Shown here: positions 1 through 12,064 of the stretch, piece after piece
Position numbering within the stretch: position 1 is the first letter of the stretch
Layout of the letters: each line of letters begins with the position of its first letter
From: Octopus vulgaris
Lineage: Eukaryota
Assembly: GCA_951406725.2 (NCBI GenBank)
Contig: OX597832.1
Coordinates: 52,638,001-52,702,000 of the forward strand
Reading direction: 5' to 3'
Length of the DNA stretch: 64,000 bases
The notes under the pieces: generated by a model
Seen by the model: the letters and a program-made list of their open reading frames with translations, nothing else
What the model was told of the DNA's origin: nothing
The model's database searches: none
Made by a program: the position numbers and the translations under genes

Positions 1-522
1 CAATAAAATATACAGTGTAATATCTTACTGACCTGGGCATCTGCACCACTCTAAATATTAATTCAATGTATTTTGAATTAATTATTATTTATATAATTAT
101 TAATTTAAGGTATTTTGTCACTAACTTTTTAAAAAATATATAAATGGAAGACTTTTTTTTTTAATGGTTCAAAAATAGTTATGTTTATGTAAACTAAATT
201 ACAGAGTTACATTAAATATATTTTCTTATATAATTATCTTTATCTTTCTAAATGCTTGTAATCATCTTAGGAAGAAATAAATATAGAATTTTGATTAAGG
301 TTTTTTTCCTAGATAACTTCCCCATATGGTTCAACAGTTTTCGTATTAGTGTATTTTCTTTGATATCTAAGACTTCACTTTAAGAACCCATTCATAATAA
401 GTAAGGTACACAAATAAGTGTGGGTGACCTTGCTTATTTTGGATAAAACTTTCAGAGTCACTTCAATAATATTACATACAGTAAAGGTATGCCTACCCCT
501 GTATCCCATTCATTTCCTTCCC

Positions 523-530
523 TCTTCTTC

Positions 531-562
<32 letters not shown>

Positions 563-608
563 CTTCTTCTCCTTCTCCTCTTCTTCTCCTCCTTCTTCTT
601 CTTCTTCA
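523..608. repeat. (TCT)n microsatellite
   Basis: Direct inspection. Confidence 0.95.
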
Positions 609-634
609 TTTACTGTCCATTTTCCATTTTTGCA

Positions 635-865
635 TGGCGAGCTGGCAGAATTATTAGCACGCCGGGCAAAATGCTTAGCGGTATTTCATCTGCCGTTATG
701 TTCTGAGTTCAAGTTCCTCCAAGGTCAACTTTACCTTTCATCCTTTTGGGCTCGATAAATTAAGTACCTGTTACGCACTGGGGTCGATGTAATTGACTTA
801 ATCCGTTTGTCTGTCCTTGTTTGTCCTCTCTGTGTTTAGCCCCTTGTGGGTAGTAAAGAAATAGG
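635..865 (+). mobile_element. tRNA-derived SINE family A with Nin-like domain (15 or more copies, e.g. 7135-7367-, 8040-8245-, 8400-8600-, 17293-17740+, 31238-31512-, 35370-36055+ x3, 40120-40348+, 41003-41700+, 45505-45735-)
   Basis: A/B-box-like head GGCGAGCTGGCAGAA..GAGTTCAAATTCC, then GTCGACTTTGCCTTTCATCCTTTCGGGGTCGATAAA..AGTACC, ending AAAGAAATA. Confidence 0.85.
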
Positions 866-3156
866 TACTAAGAATGCATGAGACAAAGGAAGTAGTTCCA
901 GAGAGGGTAAGCAGTAGTAGGTGGGGTAGGGAGTGAAATACATGCAGTTCCTCTCTCATAGTTACGTCAGCTGAATGAGTAGTATCCTAGTCAGATGAGT
1001 TGTGAGAAGGGTGGGTGCTAGTGGGATGGGTTGCAAGGGGGAGGAAATCACCAGGGACAGATTAGATGCAGGGCTGTAGACATCTATTTATATTCCTAAT
1101 TATTTAGCATATGAATTAATTTTCATTAAAGTTTTGCAGTAGCATAAATATACAATATCTCTTATTTAGGATAAATTTTAAACATATCACAAAAATGTTG
1201 AACAAATTTTATTTCTAATTAAAATTGTATTTTCCACTTCTTCAATTATGCCAAAATTAAAAAAAATTAAAATTAAATATTTGTAATATGTTACAAATGT
1301 AATAAAAAAAAATAAAGAATATATATTTACAGTTAAACTAAGTAAACCAAGACTTTAACGAGTATGTGAGAGAGGTTACGAATATAAGCAACTGATAAAA
1401 TTTGAAATCTCACTGCTATCTTGATACCCAGGTGTAATTACCACTAATTATATGTTTCCTCAACAAACTATATTTAAATATGATTTGCCTAAATATATAT
1501 ATGTATGGATTTGTCATTCAGAGCTTTTTAACTATGAAATTTAATTATTAAAAAATTTTTATAAAAAAATCATTATAGTTTTGGATTTTCTGTAATAATT
1601 ATTCCAAATGAGAACTGTTATTATTACAGATGAAAAATTGAATATGCTGTTTAATGTAAGCTTTTAAAAAATAATTTTGTATTTTGTTGAATTTAACTGT
1701 ATTTAGTTGTAAAAATTATGCAATAGATTTCATTAAGAACCTTTTATAAAATTATGTTCCAAAAATCCCATTAATACATCAGTAGATAAAAAAAATTAGA
1801 GTTGATTAATGGAATCAGTCTAAATTCACAATTATTTTATAATTTAATTGAAACACATAAGTAGTGTATTAGAAATATGATAAGAAAAGGGTTATAAATT
1901 TTTAGAAAAACTGTAAAGTTGGCAGGAAATGAATTATTAACTCTTTGGCACATACCCATAACATCAATATTATTTTCAGCGGTTTTCTTCCTGTATTAGG
2001 GTGTGTAAGTTTCTGATATATATCATCATCATCATCGTCATTTAATTCCGCTTTCCATGCTAGTATGGGTTGAACAGTTTGACTGACGGCTGGCAAACCA
2101 GAAGGCTGCAATAGGCTCCGATCTGATCTGGCAAAGTTTCTACAACTGGATGCCCTTCCTGATGCCAACCACTCTGAGAGTGTAGGGAGTACTTTTTACG
2201 TGCTATTGGCACGAGGGCCAATCAGGTGGTACTGGCATCGACCACGCTTGAATGGTGTTTTTTACGTTCCATCGGCATGGGAGCCAGTCAGGCAGCATTG
2301 GCAATGACCATGCTTGAATGGTGCTTTTTACATGCCATTCTGAATGTTGGGTAATGATTGAAAGAATATAATCATGAATGCAGGAACCAAAATGGATTTC
2401 CTTCGAAGGATCTCTAGAGCAACATTTTTCAAACTATGGGTCCCGACCTTTCAGTGGGTCCCAAAATAAATAAAATGGGTCACAACAAAAAGAAAAAAAG
2501 GAAAAAAAGCACTTGGGTGCAAAGTGCAGAATATAAACTAGTGTTTTTTAAACTGTGGGTCCCGACCCTTAAGTGGGTTGTGAGATAAATAAGATGGGCC
2601 ATGACAAAAAATTTGGAAAACGCTGCTCTAGAGTAATGTTGCTCAACAGGGTGCATAGCTCGGAGATCAGGAAGTCTCTCCAGGTCAAGCCACTATCTCT
2701 CCCCATTGTGTGGTCACAGTCCCAGTACTTTGGACATGTGATTACAGTGTAATCACTGCTAGATGGATTGTTCAAGCCAAACCAACAAACAGTAAACGTT
2801 CAAGAAGACCATGAATGAGATGACTAGGTTAATATCCATTGTCTCAATTTGTCATGCTTGAGAATCTAGCAGAAAAGTCTAATAATAATTGCTTCTGGTA
2901 TGACCCTATGGAGGGGGTTCCTTGAGAATACTACCCCCATGACTCTCTCAAGAAAACTGAGCAGAGCAGACGGACAGATGGATCGACAGACAGACGGACG
3001 AATAAACAGTTGGCTTTTTGGCTGGTTTGGTTCCTGGTATTTCATCTGAATTTTTGAAATAAAGTCTCAAATATTCAAATGAAAAACCAAATAATTTTGC
3101 AAGCAGTAATCCTGTTTCTATTTTATTACATCTTATTTTAATTTATTTTATTTTAG

Positions 3157-3350
3157 ATTCCAGTGTATTGAATTCTCACATTAGTTTACTGAATACGGAA
3201 AACCTACAAGAAAAGTTAAACATAGCAGAAAAACTGAAAGAGACTCACATATCCCAATGGAAAGCTAATCAAGTTTTAACGTGGCTAGAAGTGGTTCTGA
3301 ATATGCCAATGTATGGCAAAATGTGCTCTCATAATATCAAAAGTGGAAAG
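3157..3350 (+). CDS. KAZN: Kazrin-like protein, internal exon (start of SAM1); upstream exons lie outside the window
   Basis: tttag|ATTCC...GGAAAG|gtgagt; encodes ...THISQWKANQVLTWLEVVLNMPMYGKMCSHNIKSGK, matching the kazrin SAM1 motif (W..V.AWLEVVM.MPMY...C..NVKSGK). Confidence 0.9.
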
Positions 3351-4164
3351 GTGAGTATTTTATTTCAGGTTGTAGCTGTTTATTTTAATTTTAATATAGT
3401 TGTGTGCTTAAGACATTTGCTTTGGAAACACATGCCTTGGAGTTTGGTCCCATTGTGTGGATGCTGTTGGCTGTTGTCTTATCCTGTAGCTAATGTGTTG
3501 ACCAATACTTTGTGATATTGGTCATCAAAAACTGAAGGATCCTGTCATATCTCTACATACAGAGATGTGTGTGTGTGTGTGTGCATGTGTATGCATGATA
3601 CCTTATGGAGTAATTCCTGCTGCCTTGCTGGAGAGACTCTAAGGCAGATATACATGGTTATACTTCACCAATATCTGGTATCTCCTGTGGCTCCATAAAT
3701 GCTACAAACCTATTGATTTGTCTTTCCTACATGGTCTATCTATGAGTGGAGAGGTGTTAAATGTACTTAGATCTCAGCACTTGCTTCTGGAAACAGCCTA
3801 GTCATAGCAGTAGGGTTTAAGACCACGAGTGTGTGTGTCTGTGTGTTATTGACGAGGCATGAAGCGGTGAGTTCTCGGTCGTCGGCAGCGGTATCGAGCA
3901 CCAGTCAATAAATTAAGTACCAGTTGCATACTGGGGTCGATCTAATTGACCGGCCCCCTCCTCCAAAATTCCAGGCCTTGTGCCTAGAGTACAAGAGACT
4001 ATAGACACGGGCATGGCTTTGTGGCTAAGAAGCCTGCTTTGCAACCTCATGGTTTTACTTTCAGTCCCACTGTTTGGTACCTTAGGCAAGTGTCTTCTAC
4101 TGTAGCCCAGGCTGACTAATGCCATGTATGTGAATTTGATGGATGGAAATTATTCAGAAACCCT

Positions 4165-4204
<40 letters not shown>

Positions 4205-4543
4205 GCTCCCATATATTTGATATTTGTTTGCATTCCTATAACTTAACAGTTTGGCAAAAGAGACCAATAAAATAAGTACTGTACTTAAAAAGGGGAAAAA
4301 ATATGTACTGGGGACAATTCTTTTCAACTAAACCCTTAAGGTGGTGCCATAGCCTGCCCACAGGCCAATGAATGTAACAAATAAAAGAATAAAAAGATAA
4401 AAAGATAGAAAATATCTATTTTGAAGAATTAACTTGTCCTTATTTTAATAAGTGTTCAAGAGAAAAATTATCTGCATTTTATTTCCAGAATCTTTAATAT
4501 TCTCCTCTAAAATCTCCCAACAAAATTCCTCTAATTATAACAG

Positions 4544-4656
4544 GTCTTACTTGGTCTTAACGACTCAGAACTTGCCTCAGCTCTTTCTGTCACCAGTGCT
4601 ATGCACAGAAGGAAACTACGGATGGCTATTGAAGCACAACGGACCCCATCTGAAGT
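4544..4656 (+). CDS. KAZN: Kazrin-like exon (SAM1 second half); missed by the ORF track
   Basis: cag|GTCTTA...GAAGT|gtaag; VLLGLNDSELASALSVTSAMHRRKLRMAIEAQRTPSE (kazrin/liprin HRRKLRLAIE motif); phase 0 in, phase 2 out. Confidence 0.9.
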
Positions 4657-5669
4657 GTAAGATTTATATTTATTTCAAACGCATTTTGTCTGTATATATT
4701 ACATTTCCATTTAATGTATTTTAAAAATAAGGAATTATTTAAATCATTTTATAAACAGCCTTTTTTTTTTTTTTGTATTTCTGTTTCCATTACCTTAAAA
4801 CTATATAGTAGAATGTGAAACAAATGTTGAAATAACTCAAGAGTCTTTGACTCTTTAGTATTTAAAATGGCCATACCTGGCCAAAATATCATACCTATTT
4901 TATGTTCAAACCAACCAGATTTGGCCTCTTACACCTACCCTACAATGTCATTCTAAAAATATACAACCCTGGTAAGTAGCTTGCTTACGAACCACATGGT
5001 TCCAGGTTCAGTCCCACTGCATGACACCTTGGGCAAGTATCTTCTGAAATAGCCTCGGGCTGACCAAAGCCTTGTGAGTGGATTTGGTAGACGGAAACTA
5101 AAAGAAGCCCATAGTATATATTAAATTCAGCTTACATTGAAAGTCAACAAAATTTGCCTTAGAAGCATTGAGATGTATTGAAGGATACAGATATGTATTT
5201 ATCTATGTGTGTATGTCTTTGTGTTGGTGTGTTTACATCCTCATAACTTAGCGGGTCAGCAAAAGAGACTAATAGAATAAATACCAGGCTTTAAAAGAAA
5301 ATAAATACTGGAATTGATTCATTCAACTAAAATTCCTGACGGCAGTGCTCCAGCATGGCCGCAATCTAATGACTGAAACAAATAAAAGATAAAGATTAAA
5401 AAAATCATTTATGTGAATTCTATTTATGAAAGTGTTCTTCCATACACAGCTACAGCCAAACACTAGAATCCTTCTTTCCAAATTTTATGTAAGCCACTAT
5501 CATCCACCCTCATTCTGCTCTGGTAAAACTTCTTCATGCAGTGAATGCACAACCTCGTATTTCTTGAGAGGAAAAGAAATACTGAAATTATAAAACCCCA
5601 TAAAAATTTTCCAAAAGAAGATAAAAAAAAATCTGCTTTGAAAATTTGTATAGATTTTTTATAGAAACT

Positions 5670-5951
5670 ACAGAGATGTACTTGCATAGCAAGTGATTTG
5701 ATCTGAGATTGTGTGCTGGAACGAAAACAATTGCAGCGTGGAAGGTGTTTGTAAGCCATTTAAGAAACACACAAAAGCCATTCGATTCACTTCAACATTT
5801 AAGTTTAATTTGTCAAAATATTTTCGTCGCTATAAGACCGCGACCTGTTCACTGACAAAAATTCGTGCTGCATGAATGAAATGTTGAAGTGAATCGAATG
5901 GCTTTTGTGTGTTTCTTAAATGGCTTACAAACACCTACCACGCTGCAATTG
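5670..5951. mobile_element. Fold-back Penelope-like insertion with 13-bp TSD
   Basis: Inverted arms 5725-5800 / 5879-5955 (1 mismatch); TTTTATAGAAACT duplicated at 5657-5669 and 5952-5964; same family at 48142-48486. Confidence 0.65.
5811..5857 (-). ncRNA. Minimal type I hammerhead-like motif, G3-C8 core variant
   Basis: Minus strand TGTCA-GTGAACA-G-GTCGC-ggtcttata-GCGAC-GAAA-ATAT-T-T-TGACA: stem I 5 bp, stem II 5 bp, palindromic stem III. Confidence 0.6.
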
Positions 5952-6074
5952 TTTTATAGAAACTTTTATTATAAAATATTTTCTTGTTTTGCTTCATTTA
6001 AAAACATGTAAAACTGTCTTATTAATTCTGCTTTAATTAATGGTAATTATTTCCCAAAATCTTTATTTTCCCAG

Positions 6075-6309
6075 GAAATATCTCAAAGCTGTTGAAATCG
6101 ACCATAATTGGGTCTCTGAAAAATGGATTCCTGACCTCGGTTTGTCTCAGTATAAAGCAACATTTGAATTACAACTAGTTGATGGCCGCATGTTAAATAA
6201 TTTGACCAAAAAAGACTTAGAGAAGTATTTTGCAATTCATCGCAAATTTCATCATGCCAGTATACTTCATGGAATCGAACTTCTGAGGTCTTTAGATTTT
6301 GACAAAGAA
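6075..6309 (+). CDS. KAZN: Kazrin-like exon (SAM2)
   Basis: ccag|GAAA...AAAGAA|gtaagt; KYLKAVEIDHNWVSEKWIPDLGLSQYKATFELQLVDGRMLNNLTKKDLEKYFAIHRKFHHASILHGIELLRSLDFDKE. Confidence 0.93.
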
Positions 6310-6905
6310 GTAAGTATCTCTGTTCTTTCTCACCATCATCTTCATCATCATCATCTTCATTATCATCATCATTGTCATTATCATCATCATTTGATACCAG
6401 TATTCTATGCTGGCATTAGTTCGATGGTTTGACAGAATCTGAAGGGCCTGAGAATCGCATTGTGTACCAGCGTCTACTTTGGCAGTGTTTCTATGACTAG
6501 ATACCTTTCCTAATGCCAAGTTGACAGTTGTTGATGGCTGGAAGATTTTGAGGAGTGATTGAAGCAGCAGATGAATTTAGTGCAATAAGGAATAGAAACT
6601 TTGAGCTAGAATAACTGGAAGTCTTTCTTACTAATATCCAGATAAGAGAAACTGAGTACTAGTAATTGGAAAGTGCTATGGTTAGTTCACATTACTCCAT
6701 AAAAAGCAAAGGGCCGGTCTCCTGGTTTCACTGACACATACATTCCTTCCTGGATGGGATGACGGTCCATCGGGGAATTACTCCTTTTTGCCAGCTGAGT
6801 AGACAGGAGCAATGTGAAATGAAGTATTTTGCTCAAAAACACAAATATTGCTCAATCAGGGAAATGAAACCACAATCTTACTATCATGAATCCAACACTC
6901 TAACC

Positions 6906-7510
6906 CAGCGTTTCTCAACCGAGGTTCTCCGGAACCCTAAGATTCTGCAAAAGGTTTCTAGGGGTTCTGCAAGAAAGAGTGAGACATGCTAATTTCATGA
7001 TCGTAATATTACTATACATGCACACCATATTAATTATCTAACCTATTATGTTATCAAAAAAATATTACAACCATTGGGGATATATTTAGGGACATCTGTA
7101 ATTTATGGACACCCTATCTATATATGATATTTACCTATTTCTTTATTACCCACAAGGGGCTAAACATAGAAGGGACAAACAAGGACAGACATAGGTATTA
7201 AGTCGATTACATTGACCCCAGTGCGTAACTGGTACTTAATTGATCGACCCCGAAAGGATGAAAGGCAAAGTCGACCTCGGCAGAATTTGAACTCACAACA
7301 TAATGGCAGCCAAAATACCGCTAAGCATTTCGCCCGATGTGCTAACGCTTCTGCCAGCTCGCCGCCTATCTATATATGATATTTACCATGTGAACAATGA
7401 AGAAAAAAATATGAGAAAGATATAGTATATAATTTTTTCGTGCAGAGGTTCCTTGAGACATGTAATTTATTTTAAGGGTTATGCAAGAGTAAAAAGGTTG
7501 AAGAACACTG
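6906..7510. mobile_element. hAT-like MITE nested in a family C-type SINE and itself interrupted by a family A SINE
   Basis: CAGCGTTTCTCAACC / GGTTGAAGAACACTG termini; degenerate 8-bp TSD ctctaacc/ttcaaacc. Confidence 0.6.
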
Positions 7511-7834
7511 TTCAAACCACTAAGCCATGTGCCTCCAGAGAGTGGGTACTACATAATACTATTTCAAAGAAATTAAAATATAAATTGTAGCTGAGTGACT
7601 AGATGGGTTCAAGGTTACAAGACAAGAGTTTGTTGTGTTTTTTTTCCCTTTAGAAATTAATAGAATGTGTGCTCAATGTGTTTTAGGGATTGGTGATATT
7701 ATCAGAGTTTGACCAAATGTTTATGGAGACTGGAAGAGAAGATAGAAATTGTCCTGTGGACTATTTCTTGTTCTGAAAAACTATCTCAAATTATTGTAAA
7801 ATTTAAATTATTTTCTCTGTTGATATTTTTGTAG

Positions 7835-7936
7835 GCTTTACAAGAAAGGCAGATCAAGTGTGAAGAAGAAAACACAGATCCCCTTGTGTGGACAAATGAT
7901 CGAGTTATCAAATGGATAAAGTCAATTGACTTGAGT
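7835..7936 (+). CDS. KAZN: Kazrin-like exon (SAM2-SAM3 linker, SAM3 start)
   Basis: gtag|GCTTTA...TTGAGT|gtaagt; ALQERQIKCEEENTDPLVWTNDRVIKWIKSIDLS. Confidence 0.92.
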
Positions 7937-8247
7937 GTAAGTTGTTTGTTTTTCAGTGTTCACTTGTGGACTGTCTCTTTTCGTGTTATCTTTCTGTTCC
8001 ATCAGAAGCGCATTCTTGAATGTCAACCTGTCTTTTTAAATATTTATCTCTTTATTGCCCACAAGGGGTTAAACATAGATGGGACAAACAAGGACAGACA
8101 AAGGGATAAAGTCGATTACATTGACTCCAGTGTGTAACTGGTACTTATTTAATTGACCTTGGTGGAATTTGAACTCAGAACGTAACGGCAGATGAAATAC
8201 CGCTAAGCATCTCACCCGGCATGCTAATGATTCTTCCAACTCAATGA

Positions 8248-8762
8248 AGTGTCTTGAATGTCAATGTGTTCCTTAAATGTCAATGGGGTTTTTTGAATGT
8301 CAAAATGTTTTCTTGAATGTCAGTGTATTTTTAGGATGTCAAAATGTCTTCATGGATGTCAAAGTGTCTTCATGACTATTGAAATGTCTTCTTGAATATT
8401 TATTTCTTTATTGCCCACAAGGGGCTAAACATAGAGAGGACAAACAAGGACAGACAAAGGGATTAAGTCAATTACATTGACCCCAGTGCGTAACTGGTAC
8501 TTAATTTATTGACCCCAAAAGGATGAAAGACAAAGTCAACCTTGGTGGAATTTGAACTCAAAATGTAGCGGCAGACGAAATACTGCTAAGCATTTCGCCC
8601 ATGTCTTCTTGAATGTCAAAGTGTCTTCTTGAATTCAAAATGTTTTCTTTGATGTCAATGTCTTTTTTGGATGTCAAAATGTCTTCTTGAATGTCAAAAT
8701 GCATTCTTGAGTGTAAAAGTGTATTCTTAAATATTGAAGTATATTCTTGAATGCCAAAATGT
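8248..8762. repeat. Degenerate ~20-bp minisatellite interrupted by a SINE
   Basis: (AATGTCAAAATGTCTTCTTG)n on both sides of the 8400-8600 SINE. Confidence 0.85.
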
Positions 8763-9133
8763 ATTTCACAGAGATCCCTCTGGGGTAAAATGTATTATAT
8801 CTAACCCACAGAATATGTCTGGTACTATATTTTATGACCTGCAATATTTAATGGCCAGGTATTCTTAGTGTTTCAGGAAAAAAAAAACTTGCAGTATTTG
8901 GTTATGTCCCTTTAATTTCTATGTTCAAAACTCATTGAAATCAACTTTACTTTTTATCCTTTGGGTGGGATCCACTGAATAAATTATTATCAATATTAAT
9001 TGTAGTAGTAGTAGCAGTAGCAGCAGCAGTAGTGGTGGTGGTGTTGGTGGTGGTTTTAAATTTTGGTACAAAATGACTGTATCACTTGTTTGTAATAATA
9101 AAATTTGAAAAACACGTTTCTCTCTCAAAACAG

Positions 9134-9300
9134 GAATATGCTGACAAACTGAAGGAAACTGGAGTTCATGGAGCACTAATTGTTATGGAACCATCATTTA
9201 CTGCAGAGACGCTTGCAACAGCATTAGGAATCCCTCCATCTAAATCTTATGTCCGGCGTCATCTTGTTTCAGAACTTGAAGCCCTTATAAAGCCTGCAAG
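9134..9300 (+). CDS. KAZN: Kazrin-like exon (SAM3)
   Basis: cag|GAATAT...GCAAG|gttagt; EYADKLKETGVHGALIVMEPSFTAETLATALGIPPSKSYVRRHLVSELEALIKPA. Confidence 0.93.
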
Positions 9301-9949
9301 GTTAGTATATCATCATCATCGTTTAACGTCCATTCTCCATGCTAGCATGGGTTGGACGGTTCGAACGGGGATCTGGGAAGCCAGAAGGCTGCACCAGGCT
9401 CCAGTCTGATCTGGCAATGTTTCTAAAGCTGGATGCCCTTCCTAACGCCAACCACTCCGTGAGTGTAGTGGGTGCTTTTTATGTGCCACCTGTTTACAGT
9501 TCCTGATGTTTAGGTTTCTCATGGTAAAAAAACCCATGAAAACCACTCCTTTCTCCATACTACGTATTATCTTTATGAATACCATGTATTGCTATTCTTC
9601 CTAATTTTTTGCTCTCCATGTGGCCTGTGGTAAACCAGTGGAAAAATTTAAGGATATGTTAAGAATACTCATATCATTGAGGAAACCGCTTGGTATTTAA
9701 GACCCAGGTGAATCCTGACCGAGGAGATTCTTTTACTCTTTTACGTGTTTCAGTCATTTGACTGTGGCCATGCTGGACCACCACCTTTAGTTGGGCAAAT
9801 CGACCCCAGGACTTATTCTTTGTAAGCCTAGTACTTGTTCTATTGGTCTCTTTTGCCGAACTGCTAAGTTATGGGGACGTAAACACACCAGCATCGGTTA
9901 TCAAGCAATGGTGGGGGAGACAAACACAGACACACAAACATATATACAC

Positions 9950-9995
<46 letters not shown>

Positions 9996-10268
9996 GTGTG
10001 TGTGTGTATGTGACACATACACACACACAATGGGTTTCTTTCAGTTTCCATCTACCAAATCCACTCACACGGCTTTGTTTGGCCCAGAACTGTACTAGGA
10101 GACATTTGCCCTAGTTGTCATGCAGTGGGACTGAACCTGAAACTATGAGGTTGAGAAGTACACCTCTTACCACACAGCCACACTACTTATTATAGATCAC
10201 ATTGTACAGATCTTAATGACTTGGTTATTAACTTTAATCAATTAGTTAATCTATATTTTCCATTTCAG

Positions 10269-10398
10269 AGAGGAGCTAGAAATTACAGGTCTAAAAAGAA
10301 AATCCGGTGGAGGATCACTTGGTCGATCTTTTACTCGATCTTTCCGCTCTACCACAAGTATTGATGATCTCACTCCCAAACCTCGAATGAGCATTAGG
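10269..10398 (+). CDS. KAZN: Kazrin-like exon (C-terminal tail)
   Basis: tttcag|AGAG...ATTAGG|gtaaga; phase 2 in matches the previous exon; EELEITGLKRKSGGGSLGRSFTRSFRSTTSIDDLTPKPRMSIR. Confidence 0.8.
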
Positions 10399-11447
10399 GT
10401 AAGATATTATTCTTCATTATCAGTCATTGTAAAGCTATATTTTTATCAAGGTCATAGTAGAGGCAGTAAAAAGTATTTGTTTCTAGTCATGGTAGACTAG
10501 AAATAAGTAACATTATTTGTGCGATGGTGTTGCTTGTATACAGCCATCACATGATGCCAAGACAAGGTATATGCAAGCACACACTCCTCATCGTTGTCGT
10601 CATCGTTTAACGTCCACTTTCCATGCTGGCATGGGTTGGACATTTTGACTGAGGGCTGGAAAGCTGGGAGGCTGTACCAGGCTCCAATCTGATTTGGCAA
10701 GGTTTCTACAGCTTGATGGCCTTCCTAATGCCAACCACTCCAACGGTGTAATGGGTCCTTTCTACATGCCACTGGTACGAGGGCCAGTCAGGAGGTACTG
10801 GCAATGACCATGCTCCAATGGTGCCTTTTATGTACCACTGGCACAGGAGCCAATCAGGTGACACTGGCAAGGACCATGCTCAAATGGTGCTTTTTACATG
10901 CCACCAGCACAGGAGCTAGTCAGGCGGTACTGGCATCAGCCACAACAATGATTTCACTTGACTCAAGAGGTCTTTTCATGCACAGTTTATTGCCCAATGA
11001 TTGAAATATATATATATATAAACGTTTATATATTTGTTTTGCAAGATTCTTGATGTGAAATCGTGTGTTGCAACAGATATTGTTGTATTTAGGAATGGTC
11101 ATGTTGCCAGTTTAGTCAATCTGGCCAAAATAAGATTAAGATTAATGTAAAAAATAAATAAAGCTGAAGCAAATTAACACCAAATATATAGTGCATGTGT
11201 TTTTATTGGCTAAACTGGCAACATGACTGGTTACTTTTCCCTTAAGGTAAGATCAACAAAAAAATGTACTCCATCCAGTGAGTGATAAATATTGTTTAAT
11301 GTACATTGTTTATAGTTTGAGCTACTAATAGTTTCATACATTGGAGATATTTTCTAGGCAGGTTTTAATAACATGCCTAGTGTCTCAAAGTTATCTTTGG
11401 GCTCTGAGCACATGTTTTAAAGAGTTCTTTTTTCCTCTTTTCTCTAG

Positions 11448-11609
11448 GGATCCCTTGGGAAAGCATTCAGTCGGAAAAGCAAACACTTTGAATCTAAGGA
11501 TAACAATAGTATTGACACACCAGTAAGCATTAAGCAAAAAATCATGGATCCAGCAGCAACACAACAAAACCAATCAAGTCCTCTTGATTTCTCATCTACA
11601 GCCGTGTGA
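11448..11609 (+). CDS. KAZN: Kazrin-like terminal coding exon
   Basis: Polypyrimidine tract + ctag|GGATCC; GSLGKAFSRKSKHFESKDNNSIDTPVSIKQKIMDPAATQQNQSSPLDFSSTAV-TGA. Confidence 0.78.
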   Translation, partial: GSLGKAFSRKSKHFESKDNNSIDTPVSIKQKIMDPAATQQNQSSPLDFSSTAV

Positions 11610-11845
11610 TAGTGTCAAAGGCAGGCTATCAAATTCATGTGCAATTCTTTAATCCTTTCTACTTGTTACAGCAAAATTAAAACTAGTAGCTAAGTTCTAA
11701 GATAACCAACATTTTGTTAGACCCAAAGCTGTTCTTTTTTCTTTTTTTTTTGGCCACATTTTTAGTTTGTTATATTCTTTCAACTTGAAATATTTATAAC
11801 CAATATGAGAACTAATAAATACCATGAGCTGATAGCAATATTTAA

Positions 11846-12064
11846 CCCTCTGTCTGTCCTGTGTATCATATGCGATACACACACCAAGTTTCCCTGGCGT
11901 CCATGCATCATACATGATATGCATTCCCAAATTTTTTCAACCATAGAGTAACTTGGAAAGCTTTATATTACTGAGAATGTATAAAACAAGGGCCAACTAA
12001 AAGTCTGAGATCAAGCATGGGTGTTTAGGGCAAACTTATGAAAATGCTTTTGACAGGCAAAGGG
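11846..12064. mobile_element. piggyBac-like ~220-bp MITE (others at 15916-16136 and 20351-20571)
   Basis: TTAA|CCCT...AGGG|TTAA termini with short TIRs in all three copies. Confidence 0.65.

Noticed and set aside
3157-9300. Liprin-alpha or liprin-beta instead of kazrin
   Set aside because: WLEVV.NMPMY, N.KSGKVLL and ATALGIP..K..RRHL match kazrin better; a BLASTP of the spliced protein would settle it.
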